Shown here: piece after piece, positions 52,103 through 64,000 of the stretch
Numbering within the stretch: the first letter of the stretch is position 1
How the letters are laid out: every line of letters begins with the position of its first letter
Origin: the human T2T-CHM13v2.0 reference genome, Homo sapiens
Length of the DNA stretch: 64,000 nt
Reading direction: 5' to 3' (one strand)
Assembly: GCF_009914755.1 (NCBI RefSeq)
Contig: NC_060926.1
Notes under the pieces: generated by a model
What the model saw: only the letters and a program-made list of their open reading frames with translations
Database searches by the model: none
What the model was told of the DNA's origin: nothing
Translations under genes and position numbers: made by a program

Positions 52103-52474
52103 TGCTGTGGTTGGAATGTGTCCCCCAAAGTCCATATGTTAGAAACTTGCATCCTCAATGTAACGGTGTTGAGAGGTGGAACACTTAAAAGGTGATTAGT
52201 TCATGAGGGCTTTGCCCTCATGCATGATTAATGCTGTTACCACAGGAGTGGGCTTCTGATAAAAGGATGAGGTTGTCCCTGCTCCCCCACTCCATATGCC
52301 CTCTTGCCCTTCCGCTTTCCACCATAAAATGACACAGCAAGAAGGCTCTTGCCAGATGTGGACCTCTGACCTTGGATCTCCCAGCCTCCAGAACTACAAG
52401 AAATAAATCTCTGTTCTTTAAAAATTACCCAATCTCAGGTATTCTGTTATAGCAGCACAAAACAGACTAAGACA
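52103..52474 (+). mobile_element. MSTC/D-type MaLR LTR nested in the ERV1
   Basis: tgctgtggttggaatgtgtcccccaaag ... gactaagaca, with perfect TSD ACTAT. Confidence 0.9.
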
Positions 52475-52509
52475 ACTATTATTTTATAGTAACCTCTGAT
52501 CCTATTTTG

Positions 52510-52813
52510 GTTTTGGTTTAGTTTTTTGTTGTTTTATTTTTCTGTTTCTTTTTTTGACACAGGGTCTCACACTGTCACTCAGGCTGGAGTGCAGTGGCAT
52601 GATCACAACTCACTGCAGCCTCAACTTCCCAGGCTCAGGTGATCCTCCCATCTCAGCCTCTTGAGTAGCTGGGACTATAGGCATGTGCCACCATGCCTGG
52701 CTAATTTTTTGTATTTTTGGTAGAAACAGGGTTTTGCCATGTTGCTCAGGCAATCCTCCTACCTCAGCCTCCTATAGTGCTGGAATGACAGGTGTAAGCC
52801 ACCACACCCAGCC
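52510..52813 (-). mobile_element. AluJ with ~25-bp internal deletion
   Basis: Reverse Alu with perfect 13-bp TSD tgatcctattttg (52497-52509 / 52815-52827). gttgctcagg joins directly to caatcctcc. Confidence 0.93.
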
Positions 52814-52981
52814 TTGATCCTATTTTGATCAAGGGTTTTAAACTCTTGATTTTTGACAAACTTCCTAAAATCAAATTCTAAATTAAATATTTTTCTTGAT
52901 CTTGAATTAACTTTGGTATTTTGCACATGGGCTCTTGGAACATCTCAAAAGACTCTCTGTTTATACAAAGGGAATCTCTCT

Positions 52982-53137
52982 CTAGGTGCAGTGGCTCACA
53001 TCTGTAGTCCCAGTACTTTGAGAGGCCAAGGTGGGAGCATTGCTTGATCCCAGGAAGTTGAGGCTGTAGTGAGCCATGGTAGTGCCACTGTGCTCCAGAG
53101 CCTGGGCAACCCTGTCTCAAAAAAAAAAAAAAAAAAA
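52982..53137 (+). mobile_element. Alu monomer (FRAM/FAM-like)
   Basis: Single-arm Alu with a poly(A) tail. Confidence 0.85.
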
Positions 53138-53674
53138 AGACATTAAACTAATTGGGCTTATTTAAGATATTTAATTATATGGGAAGCATTGTGAAATAAT
53201 AAGTAATCCTAAACTTCCTTGAGGTTACATTTGCATGAATGTGTTATTAATATGTGTTCCAGAAATGGTATGAAATTCCTAGAAACCTGATCATACCTTT
53301 GGACTATGGAAAAATTCTCAGAACGCTAATGAAGAAATTGATTGGCTCATAAAATTGCTAACCTAACATCAAGGAGAACAATAATTAATTGAATACCTTG
53401 GAAATGCTTTGGTAGATTTTCATGCTAAGTCACCCAGTACTGAAACTCTTAAGATATGCAATTTGAGAACTCCATAAGATTAATCCAAGTCAGATTACCT
53501 ATGATAGCCTATTTAATAAACAATGTTGTGCACCTGAGCTGGAGAAACAAAATTGGTATTTAAGAGGATGTAAATCCAATGTTAAATTTGGACTCACGGA
53601 GAGTCTGGACTGATACCTGGCCCTTCCTGAGTCCTTAAAGCTTCCAGTATTATTATCAAGACTTCTCTGTCATC

Positions 53675-54897
53675 ATGAAAACTTTGTCCCTTTTGTTGTT
53701 TTTTCTGTGTTTCTTTTCTACTTATACATTATATGATAATGAGATAATTAAGATTTCATAATCAATAGCTTCCATAGGGAGCTTAAGTGAATATTGGATA
53801 TGTCATGTTTAACCTAAATCCTTACATGATCTTAGAGATTCTCTAAGGTCACTGTAAAGTTCGCTCTGTGACAAATTTCACTGATAGTCCAACCTGTGAC
53901 TATTGCTCAAAGTGCACATCTGCTCCTTTAGGTTCTTAAAGTCTTACATTCAGATTTCTTGTTTGAATCTAAGAGTAGGCAAAACCTATAGTGAGGAACT
54001 TTTGCGGTGAAATTAGAAATTGAGTAAGAAAACAAAAAAAATTCAACGGTGTGTAGACAAATTTATAACCCTAATTCCGTACTTGTCAATATCCTCCAAT
54101 CATTCAATAATTCAATAATGGAGCCGTAGAGAAATATTACTAGTGCTTCCCTACTGATAATGCCTAAGGCATAAGACATTCCACAGGGAATTCTCTGTTG
54201 TGCCCTTCCAGGATATATTTTTATCTGTGGAGGATTTAATGATCAATCATAAGTGTGGGCAACCCCATGTCTCAATAAGTGAAAAACAAGGGGCCAATTT
54301 GGATTAGGAATTCTAATCATGGTACCATCACTCCATAACCAACTGGAAACCAAACCTTGGTCTACACCCCTTAGTTTTCATTATGGAGTAAAGAGGAATT
54401 CACAAGCAGGCACAAACCCATCTAAATGGGCATCTTTTGGTAGAATGCTCCTGTGGCTTGGCATCAATGTAAATGAATTTATGATTAGAAATCTGCCCAA
54501 ACAGCTACAATAGCTAACTCAACTGCAAAGGCTATCACTTCCCAGCAAACTTCTTTAAATTCTCTTACTAGAGTTGTTTTAGATCACATAATGGCTCTGG
54601 ACTACCTGTTGGCTGAACCAAGGGGAATGTGTACGATAGTTAACACCTGTGTGTGATAGTTAACTTATAATAGAAAAATAGGTCTGGTATCGTAGAAACT
54701 CAGTTGTAAGAAATTAACAGATAAGGTACTTGGCTAAAATAAGTAGATTCTTCTTCTGGCTCATTTTCGATATATTTGATTTTGATCAGTTTGATTCATG
54801 GGGGCTCCTGTTAAAGAGGTTTCTTCAGTCTCCTAGTATTATCCTCCTGACAGCCATCACAATAGTCTCCTTGGTGCTGTATCCACTCAAGAGTCTT
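53675..54897 (+). pseudogene. Gamma-type retroviral env pseudogene
   Basis: Signal-peptide-like MKTLSLLLFFLCFFST, then S*SIASIGSLSEYWICH (CWIC-derived), CCALPGYIFICG (54196-54231), GVKR cleavage remnant, WLGINVNEFMIRNL, ISD-like LDHIMALDYLLAEPRGMC (~54579-54632) and a hydrophobic anchor. Stops and frameshifts present. Confidence 0.88.
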
Positions 54898-55196
<299 letters not shown>

Positions 55197-56379
55197 CAAG
55201 AGTCTTAAATGTTTTAGGTAGCTTCACTATGATTAGAATAACAAAAACATAAAGAGAACATAAAGAAAAGTCAGCTGACTGATGTTGAGAATTGTAAATT
55301 CCATACTGAGACTAACCAAGTCCATTATGATGGTGGCAGAGTGGCGTCCGTACCCAAGATTTTGGTCAATCTCTCAAAATTGAGATGCTGACCAAAATGG
55401 GGGAATTGTTAAATTAAATGAAATTTGGCCTAAAGCTGCTGCCTCTACACTTTGAATTCCTAAGTGGTAAACTGCAACCTAACTTAGGATGTAGACAAAC
55501 TGCAATCTAGCTAAGAGTATATTCTTGTAACAAGTAGCTGAGTCTCAGCCAATTGCAGCAGCCGAGTTTCAGCCAATCACAGGGTGCTAACTGATCAGAC
55601 CATGTCCATGTCCATATGAGGTAAATGCCAAGCTGTCATCAATCAGCCTGTGTCGGCATCCCACTTCCTTTTTCTATGGAGCGCTCTGAACCTCTCCTGG
55701 TTTAGAGTGCTATGCTGTTCATGAATTGTTTGTTGATGAAATAAATTCTAGTAAATTTGTTTATAGTTTTTCTTTTAACATAACCATACACTGCCTGCTT
55801 TAGACATTAACAAAGGGGCCTGTTGGTTATATTTGCAGCAAGAAGTGGACTTCCCTCCAAGTAGGGAGCCAATCTGTATACAGTTGATATATAGTCAGTA
55901 GACAACTGAGGGTGTCACAAAGAATGGAGCACCGCTCCCTTCACTTTCAACTTCTCCTCCAATAAGAATATTTTTTACAGAAGTAAAGGCAGACAAGAGA
56001 ACAGAGATTTAGGGCCAAGATCCACAGTAAGGCAGGAGAGAAATTAGAGATACAATTGGTGAAAGAACATTTTTTAGGCTCACACAGGTTGTCCACCAAG
56101 ATGCTGAAGGAAATTGCCAAGGTTTACAGAACCCCTCCAAGTCAGAAAAATAGAGAATAATTTCCAAAAGTGGAGGCAGACAAAAATTCAGACACTTCAT
56201 CCCAGTTAGCTTGATGTCAAAGCTTGATGTCAAAAATCTACCCATGATGATTAGCCACATGGTACATGAGTATGGTCAGTGATGCAGATGTTAACCAACT
56301 CATCTTAGAAATGCGCCATAGGCAGATACAATACATTTTTTAGCAAAATGGGGGAGAATGAACTGCACAATGTGCTTTG

Positions 56380-56690
56380 AGGTGGACATTTTGAATGTGG
56401 TGCTATCCCCTGAGAAGGCTATTTGTGGAAGAATAGATATATTCTGTGGGCTCCTGCAGAGAGAACTATGCCTCATGAGAGGGCATTGCATGGAGGCAGA
56501 TTTTGTCTCAATTTTCAAACAATCAGAGCTGTTCAACAATGCAATGACATTCTCTGAGAGTGAGCTCCCCATCACTAGAAGTATTCAACTAACATTAGCA
56601 TTAGCATCTACCAACATTGCTCTAGGAGTGAACACAATGTTGAGAAGCTGGACCAGTTTCTTCCAGCTTAAAATTTTTAAATCGTGTTAT
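56380..56690 (+). mobile_element. L3/CR1 3' fragment
   Basis: ggaggcagatttt...tcagagctgttcaacaatg...gtgagctccccatcactagaagtattcaa. Confidence 0.65.
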
Positions 56691-56749
56691 TCCCATAAAG
56701 GGGCATAGGCTCTAAAATCAGGCATCTTACTCTTGGTCATGGGACACAT

Positions 56750-56980
56750 CATAGAAAGGTCTGGAGTCAGAATCTACTTGACTACTTATCACCTACGTGA
56801 CCTTGGAAAATTCACTTATCTCCTTAAATTTTGGCCTCTTTCTATGTAAAATGAAGGTAATTCTTTATAGGGAGGTTGTGAGTTATAGGAACCTTGTAAG
56901 TAATAAATTAAATGAGATAATTTCCATAAAAGTGTTTTATAAACTAAACAGTGCTGTACTAATGTGTGTTATCATTAAGA
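56750..56980 (+). mobile_element. MIR
   Basis: gtgaccttggaaaattcactt...ctatgtaaaatgaagg...attaaatgagataat. Confidence 0.75.
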
Positions 56981-59443
56981 TTTTAGGAGCTTGGAAATAA
57001 AGGGCTCTTGAGGCTAGTAGCATTTTGTACAGATTGCATTATTTGATGCTGGCACTCTGAAGCCTAGATAGAAATAAAGGGCTGTGAAGCATATCATGCC
57101 AGCTCTGGCATGTAGGGCACAGATTATTACTCAAACTCCTCGTTCAGTCATAATGATTATTTTAATGCATTGAGGCTGGGCTAATGTATCCACTTGGAAG
57201 TTGGCATATTTTTATTTTGGTTTATTCCAAGTTTGAAAAATTATGTATTGGGTACTCTCTAGGTCCAGAGACAGTCAATGAAATTCCCCACCTAATTAAA
57301 GAAGTTGACAGATGGAAATGAGTTTCATTAGATTCTATCCCCAACTCACTGCTGGACTTGGAGCAAGGTTGCTGAGGCTCTTCATCGGGGGCCTCTGTGG
57401 GGAGAATGATGCTGTAGCGGGACAGAGTTGTTTTCCCCTCGGTTTCATAGACTGCATAGACATCGGTGGTTTGTGGTCTGCTTCTTAGCTGTGACTTCTA
57501 GCTCCATTGCCTCATTGTTCTGTAGAGAGCTCTGACTGAAAAATGTTGTTTCTGAGTATCTGGGGGCATGAATTCATTTCATTCGCACTTACTGTGTACC
57601 TTCTACATTCTTGCATGATTCAACTCAGCAAGAATTTGTGAACAACTATGCTAGGCAGCAAGCCTTTCATCTCTATTGAGAATAAGAGGTGGGCCCAGCC
57701 CTGCTCTGATATAGGAGCAGTACATCCTTCCACCCCAAAAGCCACCAGAACCCTAGTCATCAAGCTGACCCTGCACTGATTACTGTCAGCCCCTCAGGGT
57801 CCAGCACCACACACCCTGGACAATGTGAGAGTGGGGGGTTCAAGAGAAGTATCAGACGTGAGGCTATAGGTGAGTGTTCCAGCAATCCAACCTCCCCAGC
57901 CATGGAGCAGCAGCATCACCGAAGCAGAAGCTGCTCCCTCCAGCCCTAGGGCTCCCTACACGAAGAGGCTGGTGGAAGCCGGTGATTCTTAAGGACTTTT
58001 CCAGTGTTCTAAGAGTTTACAAATTTGTTGCTGATGAGTAATTAAATGTATAAAATACTAGAGCACTACCTAGCCAAAAAGCACCAGCTTTTGAGCTCTG
58101 TCACGTAACTAGCTGAATGCTAAGCTAGGTAGGAACGTTAAGCTGAAAGACAGCAACATTTGGCAATCCTTAGTGTCTCTAAAGGATAGAGCAAGTCCTT
58201 AGCATCTCTGGGCAAGTCTTTGGTATCTCTGACCCATCTTTTATCTATACATAAAGATGAAAATCTTTACCTCTTGTAATTAAGTTCTAGAGAAAAATAT
58301 GTATGTCAAGCCCCTAACAGCTTGAGCAGCACATAGTAGGGATTTGATAAATCTTTGCTAGCTCAGTTGCCCTACATCTCTGACAAGAGCTTCTTCTTAT
58401 TTTTTTCAAGAGAGTGGAGACTCATTTATTGGAAGACCCAACAGGCAATGTGTTGGGGAAAAGGAGAGTGCAAAGCACTTAAGCAAAGTGAGAATGATTC
58501 TGTTTCCCATCTAAGGCAACTTGGTAGAAGTTTCCAAGACCACCACCCTTGCAGCTGAAGACACCTCTCTTCCCCAGCTCTGCCCTATTTCCTTCCTGGG
58601 AGCTTGGGTCATCTCCTCAAGGCTTCCAGGGAATCAGGTCACCCTTCTTTTGACTTCAGGAGCAGATGGTGTCCTGCTGGGGCTCCAAAAAGCAGCACCA
58701 CACACTTCCAAGCTGGATTGTGTTCCGGATGCTGCATTTTACGGCACAGTATTCACAGGGCTCTGCACTTCTAGTCATAGTAAATCTTCCTTCGTCTTCC
58801 TGCAGAAGTAATTGCCATACACACATAAAACTGACTGTTGAAAAGTTTCAGCCCATTTCCTTGTTCCCTTTCCACTGTGTAAGCATTCCTACAGAGCCTG
58901 GCTCCATTGCGCAGATGGTCTATGAGAAGAAATCAATAACAACTCATCACCGGGTGTTATTCGGTGCCAAGGCTCACAGAAGGCTTATGCTTCACAATGG
59001 AAAGGTAAGTATTTCGAACAAGGAAGAACCCAGAGTCTTAAAAGCTTCTTTTATTTCATACTCTCTTTCATAGTGGTGGGTTTCATTCGGAATCTCACTA
59101 GAGACTTGACGGGTATAAAAAGCAACCATTTCCTGCCCAAAAAATGTTGCCTTCTGAGTTTTTTTTCATTGTTCCTTTGAACTCAGCTAGCCTAGGTAAG
59201 AGAAGGCTGTTCTCCATGGGAGGGCAATGATGCTGACAAAGACGGCATTGTTTGTGCTGCAGCCAGGAATAGTAGCTCTGTACAAGCCATGGGCCCTGGT
59301 CTTCCCCAACCAAGGCCTCTTCCTAGAAGCAGGTGGGGAGATGGGAGCATTCCTATAGGGCAGGGGGATAGGTTGTCAGGCACAGGAGTGTGAGGTTGGC
59401 TTCACAAAGTTTGTTTCTCTTTTCCTCTGTCTGTGTGGAAAGC

Positions 59444-59792
59444 TGTCTTCGTCTGTTCAGGCTGCCATAACAAAGTACACGAGGCTAGGTATTTATTGCT
59501 AACAGTTTTAGAAGCTGGGAAGTCCCAGATTAAGGTGCCAGCAGATTTGGCGTCTGGTGAGGGCCTGTTCCTCATAGATGGTGGTTTCTTGCTGCATCCT
59601 CACATGGTGGGAGGGGTGAACACCCTCCTTCAAGCCTCTTTTATACGGGCATGAATCCCATTCGTGACGGCTCCATTCACGTGACCTAACAACGTCCCAA
59701 AGGCCCCACCTCTGAATACCATCATCTTTGGAGTTAGATATCAACATATGAGTTTTTAGGGGAGGGGGCACAAAATCCTCCAGACCACAGCA
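59444..59792 (-). mobile_element. MSTD-type MaLR LTR
   Basis: tgtcttcgtctgttcaggctgccataacaaa ... cagaccacagca, with perfect TSD AAAGC. Confidence 0.9.
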
Positions 59793-59954
59793 AAAGCTAA
59801 ACTGGACTGTGAAACTGAGTTCAAGTCCATAAACTCTATGGCTATCTTTCCAAGCACAGACCCTGTGCCAGGCACAAACCCTACTGAACATAATTTCCGC
59901 TGCCTCTATGTATTGAATCTAGCTACTTAAAACACCCTCAAAAAGGTTCTTACT

Positions 59955-60157
59955 CAGTGTTTCTTAACCTTTCTGGATTTTGGGGAATCCAGAGAAAGCC
60001 ATAGGCATCCTCCCTCCCTTTGACCCACCCCCCTCTCACACACACACACTCCATATACACTGAATAATTTTACATGCAATGTCACAAATTTCTTGGACTA
60101 CCTGAAACCTGTCTATGCAAACCAGGAGGTCAATGGATCCCATAGTTAAGAACTCTG
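59955..60157. mobile_element. hAT-Charlie MITE (Charlie4z-like)
   Basis: Terminal inverted repeats cagtgtttcttaac / gttaagaactctg. Confidence 0.72.
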
Positions 60158-62459
60158 CTCTAAGTTGCACCCCACCACACCAAGGAAATCGCTTCAAAGG
60201 TGTCTTTCCCGCCTGAGTGTCAGCTGTCTGATGGCGAGGTTGCATCATGCTCACCTCCGTGTTCCCCACAGCCATCAACCCAGGACTGAGTGATCATGAG
60301 AGATGGATTCCAAGCCCAAGAGTGTGTTCCCTAGGACCCACAAGGTGACTTGTGTAATTTATTAACCATAGAAGCTTCTACCCATTGAATGAAGAATGCA
60401 GAATTATCGTACACCATAAGAGGAGGGCTCCTTCTCACCCTCCAGAGCAGAAGAATTCTCACAAATACAGATCAAGTCATGGCACCGCTTAGCTGGGCAA
60501 CTTCCACAGCTCCCAGTGTGCGTTTAGGGCCGTCTTCGCAGCATGACACCCTCACCTGGGCTCTGCTTATTGGGGCTGCTCCCCACCACCCAGAATTCCC
60601 CTCCCCGGGGTCTTAAGATACTAACCAGGCACCAAGTTCAACCGGTTCCTTTTTTTCATATCAGATGCAAAATATTTCCATATTTCATCACAAGCTACAT
60701 CAAGCCTATTTTTGCCCTAGAGAGAAGAGGTGGTCTTGAAATGTCACTTGGATAAGCAAAAGCCCTGTCATGACAACTGGGAGCAGGGAGAACTGAGGAA
60801 CATCATGGAAAGAAGAAGGGGTCTGGACTGGAAATGCCCGGCTCTCATTCCCAGCATTGCTGCTTGTGACTAGGTGACCCTGCGTGTGTCACTTAGCCTC
60901 CCTTGCCTCTGTGTCCTCCTCTGTAAAATGAACATAAGAGTATCACATTATTGTTTTGAGAATCCAAGGCCAAGCATGCGCCTTGTAAACTGTGTTTGCA
61001 GGAACAATATGAATAGTCCTGCTCCTAGTCCCGGGCTCTGGCCACTCTGCACGCTAGGGGAGAATGGGGACAGTGCCCAAGGGAACCGGGGGGACTCTCT
61101 GGACCCGGTGGCTGCCCTACCCTGCAAGGCCATCCCGTGCACTGATTCCAATGACCTTATTCCCTTAGGATGGACCAGCTCAAGGCCTCCTCCAGGACCA
61201 AGAGTCCTGAATGAAACAGCAATTACCCTTTTCTGATAAATTCTCTGGCCCCTACAACTCATAGCTCCACGGTGAACAGACAGCAGGAGAGCTGGCTGTG
61301 GGATCCCGTTGCCATGGCAACTCCTGCAGGTGTTCCTGAAAGTAATGACAAGGCCACGGGGTTGGGGTTGCTTTTCTCTCCCTTTCGGCAAGCCTGGAAG
61401 TGAGAAAGGTCACAGGGTGAGAGAGGCCTCCTAATGCCAGCAGACACAAAGGCCCCTGCCTGGGGTTACACAGCCAGTAAATGACAATGCTGAGGCTGCC
61501 ATGGAATCTGCTCTTCCTCCTGACAGCAGAACTGGAGAAGATGGTGTCTTTGCTGCATAAGCCTCCCATTCCTCCTTTGCTGGGTTTCCAGTTACCTGTT
61601 CTCTAAAGGGGATTCAATCAGGGCAGCTGCGAAGCCCCAGATACCCAACTCCTCTCCGGCTCCTTCTGGTAGAAGAGCCTTCCTCCCTCAGGGCTGCAGA
61701 CCCAGCCAGAGTCGGGGCCCAGGATTTAGCAGTGAAGGTGGGGCTCGACTTTCCTCACCTTTCCTCTTTCCTCTTTGGTGGCTGAGTCATGAGGATGTGG
61801 CCCCAGGGCTCCAGGTGGCCATGTGCCCTGCCACATGGAGAATGCCCTTCTGGAGGGGGAGACTGAAACCAGCAGGCACAGAAATGGGGGCGGTTGGTCA
61901 GAGAGAATCTTGGGTAGACATCTCAGTGCCCTAACCCAGTGTTTCCAGAGGCCCCCTGCACCCTGCTGTCTGTGGCTGGTTGTGAGAGTAAACAATTGCC
62001 CCTTCCAGAGTCCTCCCATTGTTGTCCTCTGTCAACAGGACCCACATTTCTCCACCTCCCATGCTACCTAAGGCTTGGTGTAGGTGGGCATCACTGCCCT
62101 TCTCTTGAGGAATCTTCCACCCCTTTGCTCTTGGGGCTTGAAAGCCTCTGCCCTTCAGAAGAGAAGAGGCATCAGAAACAAGTAGGGAGGAATCTGGGCA
62201 TGCCGGTAGGGACAGGGGGCCTTCGGTTTGCACTCCCAGGATCTCCACTGAAGGTGGGAACTCTGGCTACTAAGGCCCTGCGCGTTCACCAGTTCAGATG
62301 TCTTTCATAGATTTCATCACAGCTCAGGCCTATGCTGTCCAGAGCCCAGAATGTTACCCCTGGGAGAGCTTGTCATAGAACAATCCCATGTTTGGGATAG
62401 ATGAAGGTTATGAACGAGGTGTTATGATGCTGACTACTGCTCAAAAACTGCAAGCCTAG

Positions 62460-62835
62460 TATATACATACAAAAGAGTAGCATTCAGCCTTCAAAAGGAG
62501 GGACCAGCACGTTACAACATGGACGAAACTTGAGAACACTGCTAAGTGAAATAAGCCACACATAAAAGAAGAAATACTGTATGATTCCACTGGTTCTACT
62601 TATGTGAAATACCTAGAGTAGTCCAATTCATAGAGATGGTAGCATGGTGGTTATTAAGGGCTGGGGGGAGGAAAGAATGGGGGAGATGTTTAATGAGTGT
62701 AGAATTTCAGTTTTGCAAGAAAAAGTTCTGGAGATTGGTTGCACAGCAACGTGAATATTAATACTTAACAGTACTGAACTGTACAGTAAGAAAGGGTTAA
62801 ACTGGCAAATTTTATGTTATGCATTTTTTACCAGT
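62460..62835 (+). mobile_element. L1MB-type 3' end
   Basis: caacatggacgaaacttgag...gctaagtgaaataagcca...gttctggagattggttgcacagcaacgtgaat...aaattttatgttatg. Confidence 0.88.
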
Positions 62836-62855
62836 CATACACACACACACGCGTG

Positions 62856-62884
<29 letters not shown>
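62836..62884 (+). repeat. (CA)n microsatellite with GCGTGC core
   Basis: 49 nt of uninterrupted pyrimidine/purine alternation. Confidence 0.93.
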
Positions 62885-62887
<3 letters not shown>

Positions 62888-63099
62888 TTGGAACAATGGA
62901 AACAGTAGGGATTTTAGTCTGAGAAACCATGGCTTCAAGTCTCAGTTCTGCCACCTACTGGCTATGCAATTTGGGGATATTGTTTCATCTCTGTGAGCCT
63001 CACAATGCTCTGTAAGATGCATTTCAAAAATCTAGCAATAAGATTATTGTGAAGATTAGCTATATTGCATGTTATGTACAAAGCAGCCACCAATCCAGA

Positions 63100-63400
63100 C
63101 AGGATGTAAAAGGCTTTGATTATCATGCTAAGGAGCTTATCCTGTGGATCATGGAGAGCCGTTCAAGGGCTTTAAGTTGGGGATGACAAGGTTGGAGTTC
63201 TGCTTTAAAAAGATGGCTCTGGTGATTGCAGGGAGGAGATCCTGGAGTGGAGAGACGAGAGGTAAGGAGACCAGGTAGAAAATGCCAGGTTCAGATGAAC
63301 ACCGGGGTCTCAGGGACTCTTTCCACAGTAGTAGACAGGGCAGCTTAAGAAGGCATTCAAACAGACAGGACTTGGCCGACATACTGGGGTGGCAGGCGAT
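63100..63400 (-). mobile_element. L2 fragment
   Basis: catgctaaggagcttatcctgtgg...atggagagcc...ttttaaaaagatggctctgg-type reverse L2 signature. Confidence 0.65.
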
Positions 63401-64000
63401 GAGAGAGAGAGGCTCAAAGATGCTTGAGCAAGATCCCTACGCATGGACACACCTGTGGACGCAGCAGGGAGGCTTAAGGGACACCCCGGGGCTGGGAGGA
63501 GACACATCTTGGCTCATAGAAGAAGGAGATTTCAGACAACTAAAGCTGCTGCACCAGGAACAAGCTGCTTTGTGAGACAACCTTGGCAGAGAATGCAGGA
63601 CCTGCCAGGAAACTGAGCAAGAAGTCCCAGTGTGGGCGGGGGGAGGGGGGGGGGCAGGAGGCTGGACCAGGTGATCCCCCAGGGCCCCTTCAATCCACAA
63701 TCTCTGATTGCCTGCACCCCACAAGGGAATCCCCCATTGACCAATCTCTTCCTATTTTCTTTCCAGGGAGAGTTTGCAAGGATTAAATTTTGGCGCACAG
63801 ATTGAGCTCAGACAGATGTTTGTTTAAGTATGGGGGAAACTGGAATTTCTACCAACTGGGTGAGGTCAGCTGGGATAAGGAAGTCTTTTTCTAAACAGGA
63901 ACATCCATTCTCAGGGTGAGGATGATAAAAGTTCTATTTCAGTAAGAAGGTAACATGAAAGGGTTCAGAGAACTCTTTTGCCTAACAGATCCTGGATACA

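Overview
This is non-coding primate genomic DNA, most likely human or another hominoid (AluJ/AluS, THE1, MLT2A1 and an L1PA2-4-type 3' end are present). I find no supportable protein-coding gene, RNA gene, CpG island or CRISPR array, and the supplied ORFs are chance frames or fragments of repeats. Much of the window is recognisable transposable-element debris: MaLR LTRs (MLT1, MST, THE1), a complete 3.0-kb MSTB-type element, an MLT2A1 LTR, a 5'-truncated ERV1 with a readable fossil env, L1PA/L1M/L2/CR1 LINE pieces, Alu/MIR SINEs, hAT/Tigger MITEs, a hAT-Charlie transposase fossil and several microsatellites. I see no new biological system. The most notable signals are mutational-history structures read directly from the sequence: (1) a ~1.4-kb inversion (570-1961) that splits a nested MER58A/MLT1A pair and is bounded by a 13-bp inverted duplication; (2) an AT-rich minisatellite inside it with perfect 48-bp palindromes; (3) an L1PA insertion with both a 5' inversion and a probable 3' transduction; (4) two apparently templated insertions inside the MSTB element. 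Repeat subfamily names come from my recall of consensus sequences, not from a database search. Boundaries of old repeats are approximate.
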